Source of the DNA: Phallusia mammillata
Taxonomy: Eukaryota
Assembly (NCBI GenBank): GCA_965637545.1
Contig: OZ281500.1
Location: forward strand, 24,738,001 to 24,802,000
Length of the DNA: 64,000 nucleotides
Direction: 5' to 3'
The stretch's first letter is position 1. The number at the start of each line of letters is the position of its first letter. Below are positions 13,913-25,191 of this stretch, piece by piece. The translations under genes and the position numbers were made by a program. The notes below the pieces were generated by a model. It saw nothing but the letters and a program-made list of their open reading frames with translations, was not told the DNA's origin and searched no databases.

Positions 13913-16900
13913 ATGTCCGACAGAGCATCTAATGAAAACGGTTATATGTTATATTAAAATGAACAAAGCGATTTGTTTAATTGATTTATTCGAACAGCAT
14001 GGTCACGCAAAGGTTAGTAAAGTGCGACCTTGTGCGGATGTTTTTCGGATATATTTCGAGCAGGAATTCGACGTAAAAGGACTAGAGCGCACACAATAAG
14101 TGTAAAGTAGCCTAAACAACAATTTTACGTTTAATCTTAAAATGTTCGGTCGAATGCAAATATTCGTACAAATCGCCTCCGATACGCCATAGTTTTAAAC
14201 ACAAAATATAATACTTTACTTTACGATGCATTATAGAAAACAAGAAAACAGAAAATTTAGGTCTGTAACTTACGTCTCGTGGACTAAAAATTTGTCGCTG
14301 CCATTTCAACGCTTATCTTTCAAACACAAATACCTTTCGTTGCTTCGAGTTTCGCCTGCTGGTAAAAAAAGTGCTCCCCGTCGGGGAATCGAACCCCGGT
14401 CTCCCGCGTGACAGGCGGGGATACTTACCACTATACTAACGAGGACGAGAAACAAACGTTCTAAACTACCATTATGAAACATAAACATTTTTGCATAAAA
14501 TGCGTTTTTTTTTGTAAATATTTTATGGAATAAACGTTATTTTTGATCAGACGTTGTTTAATTCCACTAATTTTATCGAAATAAACGTTACGAAGATCGA
14601 CTACTCCTGCTCTAATGGGTTATTATATTTCTATTATAATTGGCGGGAAAGTTGAGATACACGAAGCTGACTTGCAGGGGCATCAAGTTTTGTATAAAAG
14701 GTGGAGAGCTGTAATGTGACGCCATTACACGAGTGAAAAAAGTTGATCGCAAGAAATTGAAACAAATCAGAGAGATGAAGCTACTAGTGGATGAAGGTGG
14801 GACGATATATATAAATGTTTTTACTTCTCAACAATATTTCAATCAGTTTTATTGTATGTTTAGTTACCGAAAATTTTCAAATGAGAAATGTCGTGTTCAT
14901 TTCCAATAATATTTAATAACATTTGTTGTGTTAATCTTTCCGGCTATTTAATATGGAACGTCGGGTTTCATCAATTGATAGTTAGGCTAACGTTCGGTTT
15001 AAAGTTCAATTTACCTTTTTTAATGCAAATGAACATTTATGTCCGTGTAACACGGATAGAGACCCTTCAATTTTATCCTATTGCAAAAAGCTTTGTTTGC
15101 GCATCGAGATTCATAGTTTTTTATCATAAAGAGAATGAGAAACTTGTGTTAAGATACAATTTAAAAAAACAAAATATCTTTAACATACACAACCTTACAG
15201 ATTCATCCAACAAAGATTGTATTCGACTTCGCACAATCGAAGCATTAACAATCAATTCTGCTTGCGGGATATTTTGACGCGTCTCGCGTTGATTGCCTGG
15301 AAACGTGGAACAACTTCATTTATTTACAAACGCTTTGTTGATGACTTGGTAAGTTAAATTGAATTTAAATTTTACCTGTAACCCAAAAATATATCTGTTG
15401 TTATTAATATTTTTTTATACTTTTAGCATTTTCAGACCAACTGCTGCTGCCGGTGATGCGGAATGTCGTCATACACATTTGCGCAAAACGTCATTAATTT
15501 ATTTAATTAATATGTCGTAATAAATTGAACCCCCAGAACCTTCCTCCATGTGTGTGCGTCTCATTTTATTTCTCTTTATTTTCACTTTCTTTATTTCTTT
15601 TTGTTCAATTTGTATTTTATGTTGGCCGGACTCGTAATGGGAAGGATGTGCACGGTTCTTCACGTTACGGCCCGGTTTGAAACAAGGTTCTGGGATGTTT
15701 CAAGCGCAATAAGTCAGTTAAAATATTTATCGAGTAAAATCGCTCAAAATCCGTCTCATCGCGAAAAATATTATTGCTTGTCGATGAAGTAATAAGTTTG
15801 GTTGTTTGAAACAACTCTGCGTTATAATTGATTCGCTCTAATCACATGTGTATGACGTCATTCAATCACCTCGCATGACGTCATCAACTTGCCCCCGAAT
15901 GACGTCATCCACCTAGCACCAGGCCCGAACACGACTGCTGAACGAGAAATGTAAGTTCGATGTTGTTAATTGTTGTTAAAGTTGATGAAATAAATGTTTA
16001 ACGAACGAACACATCCGGTCAAGGAGGCGTATCTGAAACAAGGACGAGAACTTCCAGATTCAAACCACGTAAAGGAACTTGTGTAATAATTGTGTTTGAT
16101 GCAACCTATAATATTATGTTGTCGTCACCGTACAGGCACATCACGTCGTTTGATGACGTCATGAATGACGAAACAGAATGACGTCACTCTCGGATAATAA
16201 TACGACAAGATGACGTAAGGTTGTGTGATGGTGTGGTTGTTTGACTTGTTTTGCAGAAAGAAAGGTTGCGATCCGAAGTATGAGAGATAGTGATTGGACG
16301 AGAAGCGAGGAACAGAAATAAAGAGGATTTAACGAACACAGGACAATGGAAGTGGAATCTGACGCGACGTCCAAACACTAGCGCGGACATTGAGGCAGAA
16401 GTGAGTGGAAAAATTATTTGTTTCAAGTTTCATTTATTGTGTTTTGCAACATTTAAACGTGGGTAAATGCTCTCCACTAAAGCTAAATATCTCGCACTGG
16501 TGTAGCTTCATGCAGCGCGTCTTTATTAAAACTATATAAATCTAACACACCAAAAGTTGTTTGCAACAAGCACGTGACGACCTGTGACCAACAACTTTTT
16601 GTCTATCGTGCGAACCAGAAAAAAAGAACTTTTTGCCACTGAAAGCTCATTTTGTAAGTGCTGGATTGGCAAAGCAGCGCGCTCCAGGCCAATCAACGCA
16701 CCTCGTGTAGCCCTACAGGCAAAGAAAGGGAATGCTAACAACGTGCCACAAACCAAATAACACAAGGAAAAACGAATACGCATAAAAGTGCCAAATCAGA
16801 AAACAAGGTTTACAAAAGACATAATCGTGCATGACCAAAATATTCAACCACACATGTGTTGTTTAGTAATGAGATTTATTTATGTTTCTGCACATGCAAT

Positions 16901-18522
16901 CCGGTGGTTTGATTTTCAGAAAGATGAAGAAACCACAACGGAACAAAATCCGGAAGATTTCCTGGTAAGATTTGTTTGTTGGATTTGTTTGTAAAATGAT
17001 GTTCCTTTAAACCGGAGTTGTGAGCGGACCTGAAATAGAAGCCTAAACCTAAAACCAGAGGCTTCCGGGCCAAATATGATTTGTTTTCTTGACCAAGCCG
17101 GAATCGGAGCCAAAAGTTGCGGAAAAATCCCGCCCAACTTACAACTTTGCTTTACCACTCAGCATTTTATTACGTTCTACTTTGTAGATACTGCTGAAAC
17201 AGTAGAAGATGTGAATTCTGCAACTATTGGATTCGAGCAGCGATCCCTCAGTGACAAGAAACAGAAAAGGTGTTTTTAGAGGGAAAATAATTGGGCTTCT
17301 TGGGTAGTTGTAAATGTTGCTGAAATAAATACTTAACCAACCAGGTCAAGGTGACGAATTGAAAAACGGAAACGACGTGGATTGATGACATCATGCATGT
17401 GGACACCGAATGACGTCACTGGGACAAGTTAACGTAAGGTTGTGTGATGGTGTGGTTGTTTAACTTGTTTTGCAGAAAGATGAAAGGTTGCGATCCGAAG
17501 TGTGAGAGACGGTGATTGGACGAGAAGCGAGGAACAGAAATAAAGAGGATTTAACGAACACAGGACAATGGGAATTGAATCTGACGCGACGTGGAAAAAG
17601 TGAGTGAGAAAATTTTTCAAAATGTTAAGTATATTTTGTTTTGATGCATTCGCACGCACATGTGGGAAAATAAATGCGTTGTTTTGTAATGGGATTTATT
17701 TATGTTCCTACACTAGTTATTTGGTGGTGTGTGTTGTTTTAGAAAGACGGAGAAACGACAACGGAGGAAAATCCAGAGGAATTCCTGGTAATATTTGTTT
17801 GTGAAACAGTGTTCCTTTAAACCAGAGTTGCAAGCGGGCTTGAAATGAGTCTAAACCAGAACGTACAAACCCAAAACCCGAACCTGTTTTTTTCTTAACA
17901 AAGTCAAAAGTCAAGCACCGAAAGTTATTGAAAATGCGGAACTGAGGTCAAATGTAGTTTCAGTCTAAATTAATTCCGTTTTGTTGAAACTTTAGCCCGA
18001 ACCCGACTCGAAAATCCCGCCCAATTGACAACTGTGCTTTAAGCACAACTTTGCATTCAGCATTTTCTTACATTCAGCTTCACAGATACTTCTGACACAG
18101 TCGAAGATGTGAATTCTGCAACTATTGGATTCGGGCAGCGATCCCATAATGACAAGAAACAGAAAAGGTGATTTGTGGTGGAAAATAGTTTCGGCCTAAA
18201 AAGAGAAATTTAAGAAATATTTTAAAATTTTAGGGAATTCACCATCACTGCAACCTCTACCCCACAATGCATCTCTTCCATGAACATTTCCATCAACTTG
18301 AAACCGATAAGTTTTTGTGTTACGAGTCTGTCGTGTGATTCACCCAGGGTTGTCAGTTGTAACAAACCTAACCAACATGACCACGATTTTTCCTCAGCAT
18401 TTCTTACCGGGAAAACGAAATATCTTGTCGGTATTTTTCGTTCGGTATTCGGTCATTATTCGTTCTTTGCGGGATTCGTTGTTTTGTTGTTTACGCTGTT
18501 TCTTGTTCGTGTATATTTATAA
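13913..18522 (+). CDS. Candidate orphan multi-exon gene with C-terminal hydrophobic tail; exon chain only partly resolved
   Basis: 5' micro-exons 13913-13940, 13998-14012, 14064-14099, 14237-14260 splice in phase 1 to MSDRASNENAWSRKGIRRKRTRAHTIKNKKTENL (first two introns 57 and 51 nt). There is an open exon-like block ~15210-15349 and duplicated exons 16920-16964/17743-17787 and 17188-17269/18086-18167. The last of these is phase-compatible with terminal exon 18357-18522 ending YSFFAGFVVLLFTLFLVRVYL*. The middle phases do not all reconcile. Confidence 0.35.
14374..14445 (-). tRNA. trnD-GTC: tRNA-Asp (GTC)
   Basis: TCCTCGTTAGTATAGTGGTAAGTATCCCCGCCTGTCACGCGGGAGACCGGGGTTCGATTCCCCGACGGGGAG, with intact A/B boxes and an oligo-T Pol III terminator downstream. 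Confidence 0.97.
15545..15700. repeat. Dispersed ~160-200 bp duplication (copy 1; copy 2 at ~19262-19410)
   Basis: Pyrimidine tract plus gccg..cgtaat..aggat..gtgcac..gg..aaacaa.gttc is shared between the two copies (roughly 70% identical by eye). Each copy is followed by TGACGT clusters. Confidence 0.6.
16130..18175 (+). repeat. Tandem duplication of a ~1.1-1.2 kb module of exon-like blocks
   Basis: 16179-17276 vs 17411-18173. Near-identical blocks such as gtaaggttgtgtgatggtgtggttgttt..ttgcagaaag, with splice sites conserved in both copies. Confidence 0.9.
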
Positions 18523-20274
18523 ATATTGTTGATAGAATAACAATTTAACCCTGGGTGAACTTGGCAGTTTTTTTAAAAATAAACTTTTCACGTAATCGAT
18601 AGCTGACCTGTGATTGGACGGTCAAAATGCACGACAGACTTGCCTTTTATATTTTTACAACTGTAGCTTTTTCAATGTTTTGACATTGTGAAAACTTTCC
18701 AACCCTAACTCTGACCTTTTCGAATTTTTAGACTTGTTGAAACGTCTAAATGTTAAAGGATTCGCCACCACCATATTAGCTATTGTATTATCTTTAAATT
18801 TTAATTTTAATCCTAACCCCATAACCTTTAATTTTTTCCGGCTTCCGCAGGTTTCAAGTTAGTTAGTTGAGTCAGATTAGTGAAAGATTGGAGAAGACGG
18901 CGGTTCATTGGTTGAATTTGCGAAACCTCGACAGCGCTGACAAAAACGGTTTAATTAAGTTTTAAAACAGTTTAATTTAAACCGCCGTTATAAGAATTTA
19001 GCAAAAAATAGCCCTGAGAAATTAAAATAGCCCATGACTAATTGGGTCCTTTTTTAAAATTAAATTTGTTTTGTTTATTTAAACTGGCCCGTAGTAAACA
19101 ATTATAAATTTTTCGCCTTCCACCTGTAAATAATGGCCGAAGTGTTAACAACAAAGACACCAACAAGTCCGCACTTAAAAGCGAAAGGATCAAAAACGCT
19201 CGGTTCTGGATAAAAAAATAATTTTCTGAGTAATTTCGTGAAATTCTCGGTACATTGTTTGTTGTGTGGTTCTCACTTTTATTTCTCATTTATTTCACTT
19301 CCTCTTTTTTCTTTACATTCCTCGTATTTTTATTTTGCCGCAAACCGTAATATGGAGGATCTAGTGCACCGGTCCTCCATGTCATGTTTGCGGATTTTAA
19401 ACAATGTTCCGCGTAATAAAGTTAAAATGCGTAGAACAATATTCGAAATTCCCGTCTAGTATGTGTGACGTCATAGAAGGGTGTGACGTAAATACCCCTG
19501 TATACGTCATCAGTTGTCAGAATAAACCAAAAAAATCCTAATTGGGAACCATTTTACGACACAAATAAAATTTGGAGAATTGGAATAATTTTGAGAATTC
19601 GTAATTTACCCGCTGAACCGCCATCGTCAGTAATCTAGTGGAGGTTCAGTTATGAATGGAAACAAGCAAACGTTTTGTTTACGAATGTAAGTATCATACA
19701 ATAGTTTTGTTTATGGTATAATTTCTTTAAAATGAAATTTAAAATTTTTATTTTTAGATCCCATCGGCTGCCAGCGCTTTTCGTGTGCCAGTCTGTTTTC
19801 CTCGTTTCGGTTGTAGTTCTGCACCGAACGAGGGTTTCTCTACTGCCTTAGACGAAACCCATTGCGTGGGTTGACACCTTGACGCGGTGCAATGGCTTTC
19901 AAACCAAGATCAACCCGCAGAACCTTTTGTATAAAGTTTTTTGTTGTTCTGCCAAATGATTCAGCTACCAACGAGCTGGTCAAAAGATTATTTCCAGACA
20001 AACGTATTTGTGGTTGATTCTGCCATTGTTGACATGGTAAAAAACTGGGTTGGAATAAAATACATGTTGAAAGAGACTTGATGTTATTTTTATTTACGCG
20101 TAACCCGAAAAACTTACACTTTTGGATTGTAGCGCTATACAAATGAATTAGGAGGTGTTGAGTCGAATTATGCCGCCAGATGCATTTGTGACAAATTTTA
20201 AACAAGTCATTGGTTATGCATCAAAAACACTGTTTCAATGTTCTTGTCTTAAATCTTGACTTGGCAAAAAAGTG

Positions 20275-20346
20275 CTCCCCGTCGGGGAATCGAACCCCGG
20301 TCTCCCGCGTGACAGGCGGGGATACTTACCACTATACTAACGAGGA
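20275..20346 (-). tRNA. trnD-GTC: tRNA-Asp (GTC), second identical copy
   Basis: Sequence identical to 14374-14445, with a T6 terminator. Confidence 0.97.
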
Positions 20347-20654
20347 CGGGAAATAAAACATTCCGAATTGACATTATGAAGTGCGTTAGAATCCTCACAA
20401 CACTACTGTTATTTTTCTGTTCCTGCGAATGGTGCCTACTGCCTATATTTCTTCGCCAACTCATTTATGGGCTTTCCGATAAAAAAATGCATTTTTGTTA
20501 CACAATGTTTTATTTTTAACATAAAACCAAGCGGTTTTTTTTTAGCAACAAACGAAAAATCCCCTCAATAAATATAGACTACTGTTAAGACGTTAAAAAA
20601 ACTTTAATTTCATCTTTGCATATTTGTATGTTTTAAAATTTCACAAACGGCCAT

Positions 20655-22820
20655 TCAGATCCAGTGTCTATCTTTCTTTTTACTTTTTGAATCTGCACAT
20701 TTTTGTGACCCCTTTAGGGGCGCTGGGGGAATAACCTTGGGGGTATTTCTTCCACATTCAGTTTTAGGTCTAATCCCAGCAAATCTTAAAGGAGTTTGTG
20801 TTTGCCCGAAATTGTTGTGAGTTTGAATTCTGGACTGGGACAATCCAAGTCTCATCGGGGAATGAGTTTCGGGTCGATGAACTTTCTGCCGAGTTTGTTG
20901 TCTCACATTGGTTTGGGATATTTGGGGGTTGTATTGATTCCGTGGGGCATCACTGGGGTTGCACATCACCCATGGTTTGGGGTTAACATATGTTGGTTGG
21001 GGATTTGAAATCTTCTTCTGTAAAGCTGTAAGAAATGTATTGTTCATTTACCCTGATGAAGGCGATCTGTACAGGACGTCGAAACGTCTGTATAAAAATA
21101 CAATTGCCAGAAGAGATCTATAAACTTGGTATATAGTTATAGTATACTGTATGATTTAAAATGATAATAATAAATGCAAAATATTTATATTTGAGTTGCT
21201 GTTCTGTTAACAATTACATTATGATTTAACATTACACAGAGATGATACAAAGTAACAAATCCTACCATTAATTCTCCCCTTGTTATTTTCCAGCCAATTT
21301 TGGTAATGCTCTTCATTTGCCTTTTTCTTTTCTTCTTTTTCTCGTTTTTGTTTTTCCAATTGCTTCTGTTTCTACAATATATATTTATGCTGGTATAATA
21401 ATTCAGTGAACATCTGCATGATGTATTTTATATGCACCAGTTCTTTGGCAGTCATGTTTATGATTAAATTCAGTGAACATTTCATAAAAAAGGCAATGAC
21501 ATGTAAGTTATGCTTGATGTTGTGTGTTTTATTTATTTTTTATTTCACACCTAATTATCATTTTTTCACTTTTTTCACAACTAAGCAATATTTTTCTAGT
21601 ACCTTTTGTTCATTTTCTTTATCAATTTGATCCTGCTTTCGTTTCCACTCGTCATATTTTTGTTGTGCTTCTTTTTCAATTTGCTGTTTCTTTGTGTTTT
21701 CAAGTTCTTGCTTTATTCTTTCTTGTCTCTTTTCTGCGATTTTTTGTATTTTTAGCTGCAAAAACATCGAAAGCACATTAGTAAATTTAACACAACTAAT
21801 ATTGTAAAAAAACCTTACTTTTAACATTTTTTCTTCCACCCATTGTTGGTGTTTTTCTTTTGCAGTTTGCAATCTCTCTTCTTTTTTCTTTTTTTCTTCC
21901 CTTTCTGCCGCAATTTTTTCCCTAATTTCTTTTTTCTGTTGAATAAAATTAGAGTTTAATAAATCTGATTTTATTTGGTTCCATTTACCCAGGAAATTAT
22001 TTAGGTTTTTGTAGTTTAACCTATATGTATATATTTTAATTTTCCAATATTGTTCAAAAACAACTTCATCTTATCTTACTCTAATTTTGCTTTTTTCCCG
22101 TTCCAACTCCAACTTGTTGATCAACCATTTTTCCCACACACTGATTTCGTGGTCGGACAAAATATCATCTGTTGTGTTTGGATTTTTTTGCATTGACTTT
22201 GTGTGTGAAAATTCATCACTGAATGAATATGAGTTATCAAGTAAAGGATGTTGCTTATTGCAAGTTGATGACAACCTCGGTGGAAGAATCCTAAACAAAG
22301 TTCAATTATGTTGTTTATAAGCAGTTTGAATACAGAACAGTTGGTATTAGGCTAAAATTAAAAAGATTTAAAGCAACTAGAACTATTAAAAACATGCGCT
22401 TATTCAAATGCTTGGGGTTACAAATCAACATACACAAATGCTGTAGCAATATACTTATGTTTTTGGTATAACAAATATAATTTATCTTGTTTACATACAG
22501 TTTTAACAAAGGACAATTAGTATTAAATTTAAATAAAGTAATTGAAAACCAATAAGACTATTAAAAACATGTGCTAAAACAAATGCTGTGGTTATCTGAT
22601 AAAGTTACAGAAATGCTGTGGTTATGTTTAAGCACACACTTTTGTTTTTTGCAATTACTTACAGAAGATCATCGTTTTTTCTACTATGTTTTGTTCCACC
22701 TTCTTCAGAAAGTAACGAACCCGATGAAAAGGTTTCATCAGAATCACTGTTGAATAAATCACTCTGGTACTTTCCAGATGAAATAACTGGAGATGCTGCA
22801 TCCAAATATGAACCACTCAT
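20655..22820 (-). CDS. CCDC34: Coiled-coil domain-containing protein 34
   Basis: Exons 22820-22663, 22290-22080, 21935-21819, 21755-21603, 21371-21266, 21025-20655 are phase-consistent. The product has motifs SVWEKWLINK, EKHQQWVEEK, QKYDEWKRK, EHYQNWLEN and TYVNPKPW, typical of the CCDC34 family. Confidence 0.82.
21044..21125 (+). ncRNA. Hammerhead-like motif H3 (same family as H2)
   Basis: CTGATGA (21053-21059)-A-GGCGatctgtacaggaCGTC-GAAA-CGTC followed by the family tail aaaaatac..ttgccagaagag.tctataaa. Core intact, stem I degenerate. Lies in the last intron of CCDC34. Confidence 0.6.
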
Positions 22821-23993
22821 TGCAAACTTATTAAATATAAATAACTTATTAAATATTCAGTCAAAGTTCTGATCTAAAAAAATAATTACTCTTACTACCG
22901 CTCTTATAAAAGTTTAGCAATTGCAGTTCACTACGTCGCATTATGTGAAACACACAAATCAGCCGTACGCTAGTAACCAAACCCGGGTCGCTCAGCCAGT
23001 CTACAGTTGAGTTGAACAAACAAAACACACGCGACACAAGCGTCCTTCGAATTCGACGTTTTGTTGATGTTTTCACCACATTTCACTAATTCAAGCTGTT
23101 AAGTTTACATGTTTACCACACTAATGCTAAAAAATTGTATTACATATTTATTTCACAGGACTATATTTAAAATTACTTACGTTTAGTGCAAGATTTCGAA
23201 AAATAAAATAAAATTAGAATGATTGCGAATTTAAATTTTATGTATTAAAGCCGTTTACGTAAAAGTAACAAAACACTTTGACGTACCCTTCAGCGTCCAA
23301 CAGTTGGCGGCAGATTGTAATCACGTGACATGTCACAAGTTAGTGTTTTTGGATAAAAACCAACAAACTGGAAAAAGTAAACATGGAAACTTGTGTTCTG
23401 AATTACGATGTAAATATTTGTATTGAACTCAAATTATTTTTCCTTGCTTGGGTTTTGGGAAAGGTACTTTACTACTTGGGAAAGGTTAAACGGGAGCCTT
23501 ACAAAGTTTTGGGTTAATACGCAGAGTTTAGAGTTTAGACATATTATACGACTTGGAATAATTTTGCTACATTAAACGCATTGTGTATGTTGGAAGCGTC
23601 GGAAAGGTCCATGCATTTATAGATTAATATGTCCTTATTACAAGCAGGGTAGTAGTTTATGTTTAAAAAGTTACAAACAAATAAAAAGTTACAAACAAAT
23701 AAAACGTTACGTATTACATACAAAAACCTGTTTTCCTTATAGTAGTTAACAACACAATGAATGTTTAGTGCTAATCAGCATCAGGAAGTTACTTACCCGA
23801 CCATTTTAGGTGAACCATATGTCTCAGGTCTCAGCGTTCATGATATCAAATGTATAACTTGTGTTTTTTTGTTTTCTATATCTGAAACTGATCTGTTTTT
23901 TGTGTTAGAACTCCTAGTAGCTGTGATTGTGTTTTAAACAATGATTTTTGTCATTTCTACAGAAAATTAACATCTTTGGACCTTTACACATTA

Positions 23994-24671
23994 ATGGCTT
24001 CAAAAACTGAACTCGCAAATTTTTCAGACCCCGTTAAAAATTATTCCTACACGGACAATGAGGCCGATACAGTGCCCACATTTCTGGAGCGACATGCTAC
24101 GGAGATTGAGCATCTTAATCTGAGTCACAACAAAATACGAAATCTTTCAGGCCTGGAAATGTTTAAAAACTTGGAGGAACTTAATCTCGACAACAACCAA
24201 ATTGATGACAGCACTGAATTTCCCACGCTTCTACCTTTAAAAACTCTTACTCTGAACAACAACCATATTTCAGAGTTGGAGGAGTTTCTTGAAAAGTTGC
24301 TTGCAGCTTTTCCAAGGCTTACCTATGTGAGTTTGCTGGGCAATGAAGCATGTCCCAGCGATGTTCTTAACCCGAAATGTACAAAGGAACTGTATCACCA
24401 ATACCGATGCATTGTTGCATACAAAATCCCAACCCTAAAGTTTTTGGATTTCAAAAATGTTACAGACATTGAAAGGGCTGTGGGCTACAGAATTTGTGTT
24501 CACCAAGTTAAAACTGGTGATACACCTGCAACTGAAGGCCATGACACAGACCCTACATATGCTAGTGATTCTAACTCATCAAACAGAAAAGTTTTGCTCG
24601 GTCGTTTGCGCTATACTTATGTCGGCAAAAACTCTGAGGGCAATAGGTTTATCAGAAACAATGATTTGTAA
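23994..24671 (+). CDS. LRMDA: Leucine-rich melanocyte differentiation-associated protein (C10orf11), intronless CDS
   Basis: LRRs (LNLSHNKI, LNLDNNQI, LTLNNNHI), LRRcap VSLLGNEACP..YRCIVAYKIPTLKFLD, and C-terminal LGRLRYTYVGKNSEGNRFIRNNDL. Splice acceptor at 23962/23963. Confidence 0.92.
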   Translation: MASKTELANFSDPVKNYSYTDNEADTVPTFLERHATEIEHLNLSHNKIRNLSGLEMFKNLEELNLDNNQIDDSTEFPTLLPLKTLTLNNNHISELEEFLEKLLAAFPRLTYVSLLGNEACPSDVLNPKCTKELYHQYRCIVAYKIPTLKFLDFKNVTDIERAVGYRICVHQVKTGDTPATEGHDTDPTYASDSNSSNRKVLLGRLRYTYVGKNSEGNRFIRNNDL

Positions 24672-25191
24672 TTGTGTATTGTATGTTTTGAATTTTTCCT
24701 GTTCTTGAACAAATTATATTTACGAAGTGAAGATTTGTGCAATATCTTGTTTATGCAAACAGAGTAAATGCAAATTAGCTGTGAGATTAAGATGTTAATG
24801 CATTTGTAACATACATGTATATGCAAATTAACTGTGAAAAAATGTAATTGATCGATATGCTGTATTATAATGTACTTGTGCCTTGTCATTTGCAATATGT
24901 GGTTTATATACTGTTGCCTAAAGTTTGTGCAATTAACGAAGTATATTTATGGGTAAAATTTGTACAATTTCTTTTTTATGCAAACATGTCGTTTATAAAT
25001 TAAAGTTCAAATTAACCTGTGGTCTATAGATGTTTCATGCGGTATTCTCACATTGGTCTTTTACTGTGTTACATTCTAATAAAAAATAGCGCATTGTGTA
25101 AAACAGCAATGTTTTTGGGTTTGTTACAATTGATTTAATGATTGTGTTTATGTGGTATTTTACAGATTAAAGCTGAATAAAGGAGGTTTTA

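Noticed and set aside
14888-15277. 129-aa ORF as a standalone gene
   Set aside because: No recognisable domain. The better exon candidate (~15210-15349) is in a different frame.
15260-15349. LTRLALIAWKRG..F.DDL resembles a NACHT helical-domain motif
   Set aside because: No Walker A/B or other NACHT elements nearby; the similarity is too short.
15982-16040. Box C (TGATGA) ... box D (CTGA) pair suggesting a C/D snoRNA
   Set aside because: Short, weak terminal stem, no C'/D' boxes, and no rRNA guide I could verify.
16176-17420. In-frame GAA-TGA-CGT-CAC conserved in both duplicated modules (selenocysteine?)
   Set aside because: The TGA belongs to a conserved TGACGTCA motif. The distance to the donor differs by 13 nt between copies (frame not conserved), and I saw no SECIS.
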